Origin: Candidatus Aerophobus profundus SCGC AAA252-L23 | Lineage (GTDB): Bacteria > Aerophobota > Aerophobia > Aerophobales > Aerophobaceae | NCBI GenBank assembly: GCA_000402295.1 | Contig: AQRW01000190.1 | Location: 1 to 55,455, forward strand | Direction: 5' to 3' | DNA length: 55,455 nucleotides | Part shown: piece after piece, positions 35,806-43,798 of the stretch | Position numbering within the stretch: the first letter of the stretch is position 1 | How the letters are laid out: every line of letters begins with the position of its first letter | Translations under genes and position numbers: made by a program | The notes under the pieces: model-generated | Told to the model about the DNA's origin: nothing | What the model saw: the letters and a program-made list of their open reading frames with translations, nothing else | Databases searched by the model: none

Positions 35806-37365
35806 ATGATAAGAGAAAAAATGTACGAAAAAGTTCAACTTTTGAAAAGACTGGGATATCCCAGATCAAAGATAAGCTCTGATCTGGAAATAGACCCCAG
35901 GACCGCGGCCAAGTATTACGTTATGGATGAAAGGCAGTTCAAGACTTACCGCAGAGAGCACATGTTTCGGGATAAGGTGCTGGAAGAATATAAGGAAGAT
36001 ATCCTCAAAGTGTACAAGGTAAATGAATTTCACAGGCTTAATATGAGTGCCGTATATGATTATCTGGAAGAGAAATATGGCCCTCTTGCGGCCAATGAAC
36101 AAACCTTGCGCAACTACATAGATTATCTTATTAAGACAGACAAGTTAAGGTTGAATGAGAAGATAAGACTCTATTGCGAAGTTCCGGAACTTCCCTTTGG
36201 AAAACAGATGCAGCTTGATTTTGGCCAGTACCGGTGCAAAAGTGGACTTAAGCTCTATATATTTGCCTCTTTGCTTTCGGCAAGTCGCTATAAGTACGTC
36301 AATTTTCAGGACCATCCCTTCAGGACAAAGGAGGTTATTGGTCATCTGCTTAATTGTTTTGATTATTTCAGAGGAGTACCTGAGGAGATGGTTATTGATC
36401 AGGATAACTTAATGGTAGTGAGCGAGAATGCCGGGGACATAATCTACACCGATGATTTTAAGTATTTTATCGAGGAGCAAAAGATAAGAATGTATGTGTG
36501 CCGGGCAGCAGATCCTGAAACAAAAGGAAAAATTGAGAACCTCATTAAATTTGTAAAAAGCAATTTGCTCTCGATAAGGGATTTTAAGAGTGCAGATGAG
36601 GCAAATGAAAGTGGGTTTAAATGGCTCAAAAGAAGGGCAAACGGGAAGATATCCCAGGCTACCAAGCAGATACCGGCACTTCTGATTGATGAGGAAAGAG
36701 AACACCTTAGATCTGTAGGGAACTCCCTATTCAGGAAAGGCTCCCTTATAGGCAGAGAAAAGAGGAATGCAAACGAGAAAGCTTGTATATCAGTAGAAGC
36801 CTCGAGCTATCAGCTGCCTTTAAAATATCAGAACAAAACCGTTGAGATCTACCTCACCAAACACAAGCTTTTCGTCTTTGATCTCTACACAGCAAAGGAG
36901 ATTATTGAGTATGAGCTTTCTCCTATTCCCGGAAGAATATTCTCTAAGAGAGAACACCGAAGGGAGAGGGAGAAAACAGCCCAGGAGCTGAAAACGCTTG
37001 TTTCTGAGATGTTTGAATCAAAGAGCTGGAAGAGCTTTACCATGAGGAATTTTAAAGCCTTTTCCCGGTATGTCAGAGACCAATGTCTGGAGGCGAAAAG
37101 ATACTTTCTGGTCAAGGATATTGACCTTGATATTCTGGAGCAAGCTCTCAAATATTGCCTCAAGAATGATACGCTAAGTTTTTCCCACTTGAATGATACC
37201 TATGCCTATTTTAAGCATGAGTCTGAGGGACCCAATGATATCCTCAAGGAAATACAAACACTGGACCGCAAGTACCAAGGTGCGCATGAACCTTTAGAGG
37301 TCAATGAGAGAAGTTTATCTGTGTATAAAGAGCTCATCGGGATAAGCAAAGGAGCAGTTACATGA
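35806..37365 (+). CDS. istA: IS21-family transposase IstA
   Basis: 519 aa. N-terminal HTH, DDE-region pattern (QMQLDFGQY..., VIDQDNLMV, PETKGKIENLIKFVK). Overlaps istB by ATGA. Confidence 0.85.
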   Translation: MIREKMYEKVQLLKRLGYPRSKISSDLEIDPRTAAKYYVMDERQFKTYRREHMFRDKVLEEYKEDILKVYKVNEFHRLNMSAVYDYLEEKYGPLAANEQTLRNYIDYLIKTDKLRLNEKIRLYCEVPELPFGKQMQLDFGQYRCKSGLKLYIFASLLSASRYKYVNFQDHPFRTKEVIGHLLNCFDYFRGVPEEMVIDQDNLMVVSENAGDIIYTDDFKYFIEEQKIRMYVCRAADPETKGKIENLIKFVKSNLLSIRDFKSADEANESGFKWLKRRANGKISQATKQIPALLIDEEREHLRSVGNSLFRKGSLIGREKRNANEKACISVEASSYQLPLKYQNKTVEIYLTKHKLFVFDLYTAKEIIEYELSPIPGRIFSKREHRREREKTAQELKTLVSEMFESKSWKSFTMRNFKAFSRYVRDQCLEAKRYFLVKDIDLDILEQALKYCLKNDTLSFSHLNDTYAYFKHESEGPNDILKEIQTLDRKYQGAHEPLEVNERSLSVYKELIGISKGAVT

Positions 37366-38105
37366 AAGCCTATGAAGAGACTCTGAGCTTTTTAAGCACC
37401 CTGAATCTGAAAGGAATAGCCAATAATCTTGATGAAATGATACATGATGCAGAGATAAGCAAAACCTCCTATATTACCTTTCTCAACACCCTATTTACCA
37501 CTGAGATATCTTATAGAGTTAAACGCCGTGTGCAGAGAAACATGGTGGCAGCTCATTTTCCCGTGATAAAGAGAATTTCGGATTTTGAGTTTGGCCGGGT
37601 CAAGGGAATAGGAAAATCAGAAGCGGTAAATCTTCTTGACTGTGCTTGGATAGATAACAAAGAGAATCTCTTATTCTTTGGTCCCCCTGGTGTAGGGAAA
37701 ACGCACTTAGCCATATCCTTTGCGGTGGCTGCTGTAGAAAAAGGATATAGTGTTTGTTTTGAGAAAATTGCCAACCTCATCAAGCTTTTGAGAACGGCAG
37801 AGATCCAGAAAAAATCTGAATACCGGATCAGAAGAATAATGAAGTCAAGCCTAGCCGTAATTGACGAGATCGGATACACTTCGATTGAGAGACGAGAGGC
37901 CAATTTGTTTTTCAACCTGATTAGTGAAATGTATGAAAAATTATCCATTATCATTACTTCCAATAAAAGTTTTGAGAACTGGGCTGAGATGATGGGTGAC
38001 AGTGTCATGACCACAGCGTTGCTGGACAGACTATTGCATCACGCTAGGATTTTCAATATAGATGGAGAATCCTACAGAATAAAAAATCAGAAAAAGGAGG
38101 TGTGA
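37362..38105 (+). CDS. istB: IS21-family helper ATPase IstB
   Basis: Walker A FFGPPGVGKTHLA, Walker B LAVIDEIGY, ALLDRLLHH. Confidence 0.9.
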   Translation: MKAYEETLSFLSTLNLKGIANNLDEMIHDAEISKTSYITFLNTLFTTEISYRVKRRVQRNMVAAHFPVIKRISDFEFGRVKGIGKSEAVNLLDCAWIDNKENLLFFGPPGVGKTHLAISFAVAAVEKGYSVCFEKIANLIKLLRTAEIQKKSEYRIRRIMKSSLAVIDEIGYTSIERREANLFFNLISEMYEKLSIIITSNKSFENWAEMMGDSVMTTALLDRLLHHARIFNIDGESYRIKNQKKEV

Positions 38106-38194
38106 TCATTTCTAACTTCTTGAGAAATGGGAAATCTGTTTACCGGAACACTGGGAAATGTACTTACCGAAGGGGTGGGAAAAGTACTTGACAT

Positions 38195-38422
38195 TTACAG
38201 CTTTAGCTCATGTTCTTTTGCCAGAGCAAGAAAGTCATCGTCGTGCGTAAATATGGTCAACTTCTTTTCTGAGGCAAACTTCAATTGAGCTTTGTCAGTA
38301 AGTCCTAGGTTTCCGACATCTTTGGCCGAGATAGCCTTCACACCCCGACGCCTTAAACCCTGGGCAATTGCCACATTTGCACTTTCATTGGTGTAGATGC
38401 AGATTGTTTCCTGCTTACTCAT
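38195..38422 (-). pseudogene. 5' part of the IS21-disrupted DUF5615 PIN-like toxin gene
   Basis: MSKQETICIYTNESANVAIAQGLRRRGVKAISA...IFTHDDDFL. The last codons and the stop (CTG TAA) are supplied by the IS end. Confidence 0.85.
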
Positions 38423-38712
38423 TTATCTTTAAGTTGATACTGTTTCCTTAGTTTCTCCACTTGGGCTTTCCGTTGTCTAATTTCTCGGTCCAACTCTTCT
38501 CTATGTTCATAGTAATAGGATAGAACATCGTGTACCTGGGACAAATCCAGATATGGATGAGCATCAATAATCTCATCGGGCGTATAACCTAAGTACTCGT
38601 ACTCAATAACTAGGTCGATCACCCTTGTTCTGGTTCCGGAGATAACGGGGCTTCCTCCACATATGCTCTTATCCCGGATAATATAGGGATGTGTAGTCAC
38701 TGTTTTGCTCAT
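38419..38712 (-). CDS. DUF433 domain protein (partner of the disrupted DUF5615 gene)
   Basis: HPYIIRDKSICGGSPVISGTRTRVIDLVIEYEYLGYTPDEIIDAHPYLDLSQVHDVLSYYYEH. Confidence 0.75.
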   Translation of the reverse strand: MSKTVTTHPYIIRDKSICGGSPVISGTRTRVIDLVIEYEYLGYTPDEIIDAHPYLDLSQVHDVLSYYYEHREELDREIRQRKAQVEKLRKQYQLKDK

Positions 38713-39042
38713 TTTATGACCTCTCCAGGATTGTATTAGCAAATTCCAAGCACAAAACTCGAAACTATTCTATACTTACCTTGCTGTCCCTAAGTTTTTG
38801 CAAAAGCTTTCTTATGCTCCTTCTTACTTGTTCCCACGCCTTCTGCTCATCAAGAAACTTCTTGGCCGGTTTGGAATATTCTACTTTCCACTTCTCACCT
38901 CTATTTCTTATCCACCAAAGACTGTAGTGACCAGCAGGGAGATGTCAAGGGGAAGGAAAGGAGGAATAGTGACCACGGTGGCGTGTTTGAGGCAGTTGTG
39001 GAAAATAGATGAGATATGTATGCGCGGTAGGCCCGTAGAGCA

Positions 39043-39210
39043 TTAGTATATCTCATTGTGACTGCCCATATCTATCAGGAGTACTTCCTTGTGGCCCTTC
39101 GCGAATTTGAAGACAACCCGGGTCCAGAATTTCTTCCTTAGCCTACGATTATTCTTGATATTCCTTCGGTAACTTCTTTTGAACCCCTCGTCCCAAACGA
39201 GTTTAACCAC
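39043..39210 (-). pseudogene. RelE/YafQ-like toxin remnant with an apparent internal deletion (55 aa)
   Basis: VVKLVWDEGFKRSYRRNIKNNRRLRKKFWTRV fused to VFKFAKGHKEVLLIDMGSHNEIY*. The central region of the fold is missing. The upstream antitoxin-like frame (...ARRAKQAMADYRRGNVERGSVKELHQDLESG*) contains stops. Confidence 0.45.
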
Positions 39211-39602
39211 TTTCTAAGTCCTGGTGTAATTCCTTTACGCTTCCCCTTTCTACGTTCCCCCTGCGGTAGTCAGCCATTGCTTGCTTGGCTCGGCGGGCAA
39301 TCTGCTTTCTTCTTGCCTCAACCAATTGTTTCTCAATAATCTTGAGCTACATATTCTTTATCTGTTGCCGGAAGCTTACCTTATTTGGTTTCTCGCAATA
39401 CCTTTGGCTGAATAATACTCTGTGCTCCGCCCGAGTCAATTGTCAGTTTGTTCCTCAAAGCACCCTTGCATAGTCTTTGAAATATCTTCTTGCGCCAACA
39501 GCCTCACCTACCAAGGTAGCGATGTTAAGTTTTCGTTGCGTCGGAGTGTGTTTACCTTTTTGGTAGTTACATGATAATCGGATAGCCATAGTCTTCGCCA
39601 GT

Positions 39603-39872
39603 TTATCTTATGAGTTTTCTCAAAGTCTGATAAAAACCTTCCCTGGAATTTACCAGAACAATCTCAATTTGGTTCTTATTTTCGCGAACCCGATAAGCAA
39701 TCCGATACGCCGCTCTTTTGTGTGCAAAATGGTAAGATCTGATTCCTCGTAACGGACCTCTTAGTTCCTCATAGTGATGTGGATCTTCGGCTAACTTTAA
39801 AGCTTCCTATTTAATCTTCTGTTGCAAAGGTGGACTAAACTTCCTGTATCGTCTGTGAGCGGAGGGAGTCAT
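39603..39872 (-). pseudogene. RelE/ParE-family toxin with an in-frame TAG (39807-39809)
   Basis: MTPSAHRRYRKFSPPLQQKIK*EALKLAEDPHHYEELRGPLRGIRSYHFAHKRAAYRIAYRVRENKNQIEIVLVNSREGFY. Confidence 0.7.
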
Positions 39873-39888
39873 CAATACCTGATACCGT

Positions 39889-40083
39889 TTACCACTTTTC
39901 AATTGGTATTCCTTTGCCTTGATCTAACTCTTCAAGGGATTTGCCAATAGTTGCATAAGCCTTCTTGTTTAGAATAATCTCCAGGGTTTCAATCTCAGCG
40001 GAACTAAGTCCTTTTAGCAAATAGGATAGCCGTTCTAAATTGACTAGGTCATATTTGTTCATTTGCTTTAAGGCTTCAGACAT
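39889..40083 (-). CDS. putative antitoxin of the relE-like pseudogene
   Basis: An intact 64-aa ORF ending 17 nt upstream of the relE-like start. There is no strong family motif, so the call rests on position. Confidence 0.4.
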   Translation of the reverse strand: MSEALKQMNKYDLVNLERLSYLLKGLSSAEIETLEIILNKKAYATIGKSLEELDQGKGIPIEKW

Positions 40084-40249
40084 CTTTTCTACCTCCTCAT
40101 AATTTGCTGGTCTCGTGGATGTCGTGTGTCTGGCGTGAGGTCAAAATCGGTTGAGTCGACTGGGCGGTTGAGGCCAGACGTTCAGCCCATACCTCTTATT
40201 CCCTTTACCAGAGCCATTATGACAAAAATAAGGAAAAAGGTCAAGGGCT

Positions 40250-40299
40250 TATCTCGTGCTGATACAACCTGCAGATTCCTTCTTCTAAGACCCTCCACA
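40250..40299. repeat. 50-bp exact fragment of the DUF5615 gene (identical to 27785..27834)
   Basis: TATCTCGTGCTGATACAACCTGCAGATTCCTTCTTCTAAGACCCTCCACA occurs at both places. Here it is fused directly to the TGTCAAG-type repeat. Confidence 0.85.
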
Positions 40300-40402
40300 G
40301 ATGTCAAGTGACACCATCTCTTGCGAGGTTGGTGGACACCAACTTTTACGAATTATTACTCAAAAGAAAATCTTTACTGTAGGGTTTTTGGGTCCCCGAT
40401 GA

Positions 40403-40612
40403 TCAGGCATAAATAAGTCTTCCCTTAGGGGTGGGGATTTCTCTGCCCAGACTTCTTGCTGTCTCTATCCACTGGGCAATTACTATTTGGGCATTACCAA
40501 TAGCCGCCTGGTAGGTAGGTCCATCTGCCATGCAGCCCGGTAGTTCGGGAACCTCGGCTACAAATGCTCCATCTTCTTCACTCCAATAGATTATTACCTC
40601 ATATTTATACAT
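40403..40612 (-). CDS. hicB: HicB-family antitoxin (UPF0150-type)
   Basis: MYKYEVIIYWSEEDGAFVAEVPELPGCMADGPTYQAAIGNAQIVIAQWIE. Confidence 0.8.
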   Translation of the reverse strand: MYKYEVIIYWSEEDGAFVAEVPELPGCMADGPTYQAAIGNAQIVIAQWIETARSLGREIPTPKGRLIYA

Positions 40613-40865
40613 CCTTAGCCCCCTCGCAAAGTCTATATTTCACTATTATGCTTCTTATTTGTTTTACCTGGTAGGTCTTTGCTTTCCCATTGCTCAACGG
40701 TTGAATATTTATGATTTCCGGGATTCCTTCCCGAGTGAGTATATAATGATCTCCCTTGATCCGCTCAACAAAGCCCAAATTTAGAAGGGTTTTCCTCAGT
40801 CCACTGAAATCAATATTCTTGTCCGAGAGACCCGTTAATATCTTTTCTAAGGTTTTTCCCCTCAA
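40605..40865 (-). CDS. hicA: HicA-like toxin
   Basis: LRKTLLNLGFVERIKGDHYILTREG. Overlaps the downstream hicB. Confidence 0.55.
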   Translation of the reverse strand: MRGKTLEKILTGLSDKNIDFSGLRKTLLNLGFVERIKGDHYILTREGIPEIINIQPLSNGKAKTYQVKQIRSIIVKYRLCEGAKDV

Positions 40866-40900
40866 ATTTCCTCCACGGCTGCTTGTCTTTTGGTCTATAA

Positions 40901-41090
40901 CATTGTGACAATTGAAGATTCCCAGATCTTGTGTAGTGAGTTTGACAACTCTATTTGCCTTAGGTTAACTTTCTCTGATGAGGGGTAGATGTTTCTCTTT
41001 CGTTGTCTCAACTATCGTTCTGGGTTTTTGCTTTGCTTGGTATTGTATACTTTCTTTGCCAGATGTCCAATCTTGCCAAAAAGGGACGGT
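40901..41090. repeat. second copy of the 190-bp promoter/leader cassette
   Basis: See 28225..28414. Confidence 0.8.
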
Positions 41091-41233
41091 TTTATTCTTC
41101 CGCCACTCCTGATGTGGGTCTTCGTCATTCGAGTGACTTATTTTAGGGAGGGTAAGGCCTCTTTACGCTTACGAGCGGAGCAGTCAACTGCGAGATGTCT
41201 TCTTGTTCCTTTGTCACGAGAACTCAATCGCAT

Positions 41234-41457
41234 TTATGATTCTCCCAACCATTGTTCTTTTCTGATATTCGCCTGTCTCAGGACTCTAATCAATAGATCC
41301 ACACTGATTTCTTTTCTGTGCGGATTTGTGGAACGGTAAGCCTCAGATCTTCTTTTACCATATACAGGTGTTTGCCACCCGCATAGGGCCCTTCAAATCC
41401 AAATTTCCTAAGCTTATTTATCAGTTCATTGTAAGATAAAGGGCTTAGTTTGGGCAT
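41234..41457 (-). pseudogene. hicA toxin gene with a 1-nt frameshift (length 224 nt)
   Basis: MPKLSPLSYNELINKLRKFGFEGPYAGGKHLYMVKEDLRLTVP, then the frame shifts to TNPHRKEISVDLLIRVLRQANIRKEQWLGES*. The junction is near plus-strand GG 41330-41331. Confidence 0.7.
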
Positions 41458-41706
41458 TTACAGGGCCTCGACCTTGACATCCTCTACGGCTAAATGTCCC
41501 AACTGGGGAATAGAAAGCTCCTTTTTTATGCTTACTACCAACCAGCCTTCTATTATTTCCTTCAGATTGTCTCGACACTGCTCAAGAGTTTTTCCGGTGG
41601 CCCACACGCCTTTCAATTCACGGACTTCCCCGTAGTAAGGCTCCTGATCATCTATTACTTCATATTTTGCCCTTCTTAATGCCTGCTCGATATATTCAGT
41701 CAGCAT
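41458..41706 (-). CDS. hicB: HicB-like antitoxin
   Basis: YYGEVRELKGVWATGKTLEQCRDNLKEIIEGWL. Directly upstream of the frameshifted hicA. Confidence 0.6.
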   Translation of the reverse strand: MLTEYIEQALRRAKYEVIDDQEPYYGEVRELKGVWATGKTLEQCRDNLKEIIEGWLVVSIKKELSIPQLGHLAVEDVKVEAL

Positions 41707-42410
41707 AAACGGTACCTCCTGTTTTCCTTTGTGCGAGCTTATTTAGTATATTTCATGGTCAACGGGGTTTTGCTCTTATCGGGGTTCTTACGCACCGTGG
41801 AGACTTGCTCTTTCACCTTTCAGTTCTATCTTCATCCATCAAGAACTACAACGACCGGGGCGGGAGATGTCAAGAACTGGTGACAGAGGTTACCGGCCAC
41901 CAGCTCAAGGCACCCTTTCATACCAGGAAGGAAAGACTAAGCTTCTGTTTAAGTACAGCTAATTAGTGTCCGATCCATGGGGTTACATCTCCACCTTCCC
42001 AGTTTTCCTCTTTACTGTGGCATTTCTTGGTCCATTATGATCGGGTATAAATGAGTCTTCGTGTCCTGGTAGGCCGGCTTAGTGCATTGTGTGAATCTGC
42101 CTTGAAAAAGCCAGGAAGATTAAGTAGAAGATATTGTTGATGCCCACAGGTGTAAAGGTTAAAGCATCTTCCTCCACCGATAGTGTCCCCACCAAATTTT
42201 CCATCTGCCCAATTGGTATGGTTCTGATTCTTTGTTTCCTTTTGGTTTCCTGCCGGCTGGTTATCAGTTGTTCCAGGGAAAATATAGCCGGAGGAGAGAC
42301 ACTGTCAAGGAGAAAGGGATGCGAGCTGAGCAAGGTGGCTGTCGGAACAGTAAGAGGAGTGCAGAAAGTATGACATAATTACTTTGCATTGACATGATTT
42401 GATGCGTACC

Positions 42411-42439
42411 TTGACAATGTAGTCACAATGTGGTAACAT
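42411..42439 (+). promoter_or_regulatory. sigma70-like promoter TTGACA-17-TAACAT with an ACAATGT/ACATTGT operator-like repeat, upstream of brnTA
   Basis: TTGACA at 42411-42416 and TAACAT at 42434-42439. ACAATGT occurs twice directly and once inverted (ACAATGTggtaACATTGT) across the spacer and -10 region. Confidence 0.5.
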
Positions 42440-42460
42440 TGTAGTGGTGGAGGAAAGGAA

Positions 42461-42745
42461 ATTTTAGCGCATATTCATGCCTTTGATTGGGATGAAAAGA
42501 ACGAAAGCCATATAGTCAGACATGGAGTTGCTCTTCTTGAAGTTGAAGAGGCCATTTTGTTTGATAAGCCATTCTACCAAAGGAGTAGAGAGGATAAATA
42601 TGTGGCTTATGCTGTTACAGAAGAAGGCAGATTCTTGTTTATAGTCTTTGCCATTAAAGGCCCTGACCGGATAAGAATTATCACTGCAAGAGATATGGCT
42701 GACAAGGAAAAGCGTTATTATAGAAAGCGAAGAGGAGCGAGATAA
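42461..42745 (+). CDS. brnT: BrnT-family (DUF497) toxin; apparently no canonical start, candidate ATT start
   Basis: The conserved N-terminus HAFDWDEKNESHIVRHGVALLEVEEAILFD lies upstream of the first ATG/GTG/TTG (42557). The frame opens at 42437. ATT at 42461 sits 7 nt after GGAGG. The C-terminus has RIRIITARDMADKEKRYY. Confidence 0.6.
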   Translation: MLAHIHAFDWDEKNESHIVRHGVALLEVEEAILFDKPFYQRSREDKYVAYAVTEEGRFLFIVFAIKGPDRIRIITARDMADKEKRYYRKRRGAR

Positions 42746-42746
42746 G

Positions 42747-43082
42747 ATGAAAAACAAGATGCCTAAGTTTAAATCCGAAGAAGAAGAGAGACGTTTTTGG
42801 CAAACTCACAGCTCACTCGATTACCCAGAAGAGTTTACTGATGTGAAAGAGCTGCTAGAGTTCGATCCTGTCCTCTTAAAGAAAGCTGCTAAGAGGAGAG
42901 CACAGAGAAAACGTCACCTTACTTTGAGGATGGACCAACAGCAAATTGATTTAGCTAAAGTTATTGCTGAATACAGAGGACTTGGATATCAGACCTTGAT
43001 GAGAATGTGGGTCATTGAAGGCATCCACAAAGAGATTGAGGAACACCCGGCTCTAAAGAAACGACTTGCCTCACAAAAGTAA
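42747..43082 (+). CDS. brnA: BrnA-family antitoxin
   Basis: FKSEEEERRFWQTHSSLDY at the N-terminus and a RHH-like C-terminus (LTLRMDQQQIDLAKVIAEYRGLGYQTLMRMW). Confidence 0.7.
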   Translation: MKNKMPKFKSEEEERRFWQTHSSLDYPEEFTDVKELLEFDPVLLKKAAKRRAQRKRHLTLRMDQQQIDLAKVIAEYRGLGYQTLMRMWVIEGIHKEIEEHPALKKRLASQK

Positions 43083-43552
43083 GCCCAGAACATTCCCCAG
43101 CTACCGTAGAAAAGAGACAGGTGTCAAGTGACACGTATCCTTACAAATGTCAAATGACAGCATCTCTTACGAGGTTGGGAACACCAACTCTTACGAATTA
43201 TTGCTCAAAGGAAAATTTCGGTATTCTTATGCTTCCTGGTATGACAAGACAGCCAGAGAGAGGTATACTATAGTTCGGTTACATTTAAGGGTCCGATAAA
43301 TCGAACCGCTACAATATGGGGCTTTCTCAGCGGTACGCTAGAGAAGGGGAGTTTAAAAGCTCCCCTTCCTGTTTAGGGCTACCAATCAAGGCCAGAACCT
43401 CGCAATGACAAAAAAGGAAACGTTATGATGAGCTGGTGGAATCAAAAAGTAGACAAGAAAGGCAGAAAGCATATAATACTACAAGTCACTAGCCAAGTGT
43501 GATTAGCCAGGAAAGAAATGAAAAAGGGGATTAAGGAAAGAATAAGATTCTT

Positions 43553-43700
43553 TGGGTCCCTGGTGATCAGGCATAAATAAGTCTTCCCTCAGGGGTGGGG
43601 ATTTCTCTGTCCAAACTTCTTGCTGTCTCTATCCACTGAAATCAATATTTTTGTCCGAGAGACCTGTTAATATCTTTATCTAAGGGTTTTTCTACCTTAC
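43553..43700. other. hicAB deletion scar (hicB 3' end fused to hicA 5' end)
   Basis: 43553-43640 matches 40385-40475 (hicB 3' end and flank). 43638-43700 matches 40795-40860 (hicA 5' region). The roughly 320 bp between them is missing. Confidence 0.75.
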
Positions 43701-43798
43701 TTAAACAAAGGGAAAGGGAAAAAGAAGGGCTAAGAATAACCATCCGTTGCCAGAGGTGGAGACATGATAGAGAAGCAAGAATCAAATGAGAAGCGATC

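Larger units (their letters stand above)
35638..38199 (+). mobile_element. complete IS21-family insertion sequence (2562 bp) with a 5-bp target duplication GCTTT
   Basis: Ends are TGGAAATGGTAAAC... and ...GACATTTACA (reverse complement TGTAAATGTC). GCTTT occurs at 35633-35637 and 38200-38204. 24-bp phased repeats: 5 at the left (35645, 35669, 35693, 35717, 35741) and 3 at the right (38128, 38152, 38176). istA and istB lie inside. Confidence 0.9.

Noticed and set aside
26823-43082. Whether the array of small cassettes separated by repeats is a chromosomal integron cassette array.
   Set aside because: No intI-type integrase is adjacent; the only recombinase remnant is at 47.1 kb and is truncated. 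Cassette orientation is mixed. The inter-cassette repeats do not show the attC architecture (RYYYAAC...GTTRRRY with imperfect internal symmetry) when read by eye.
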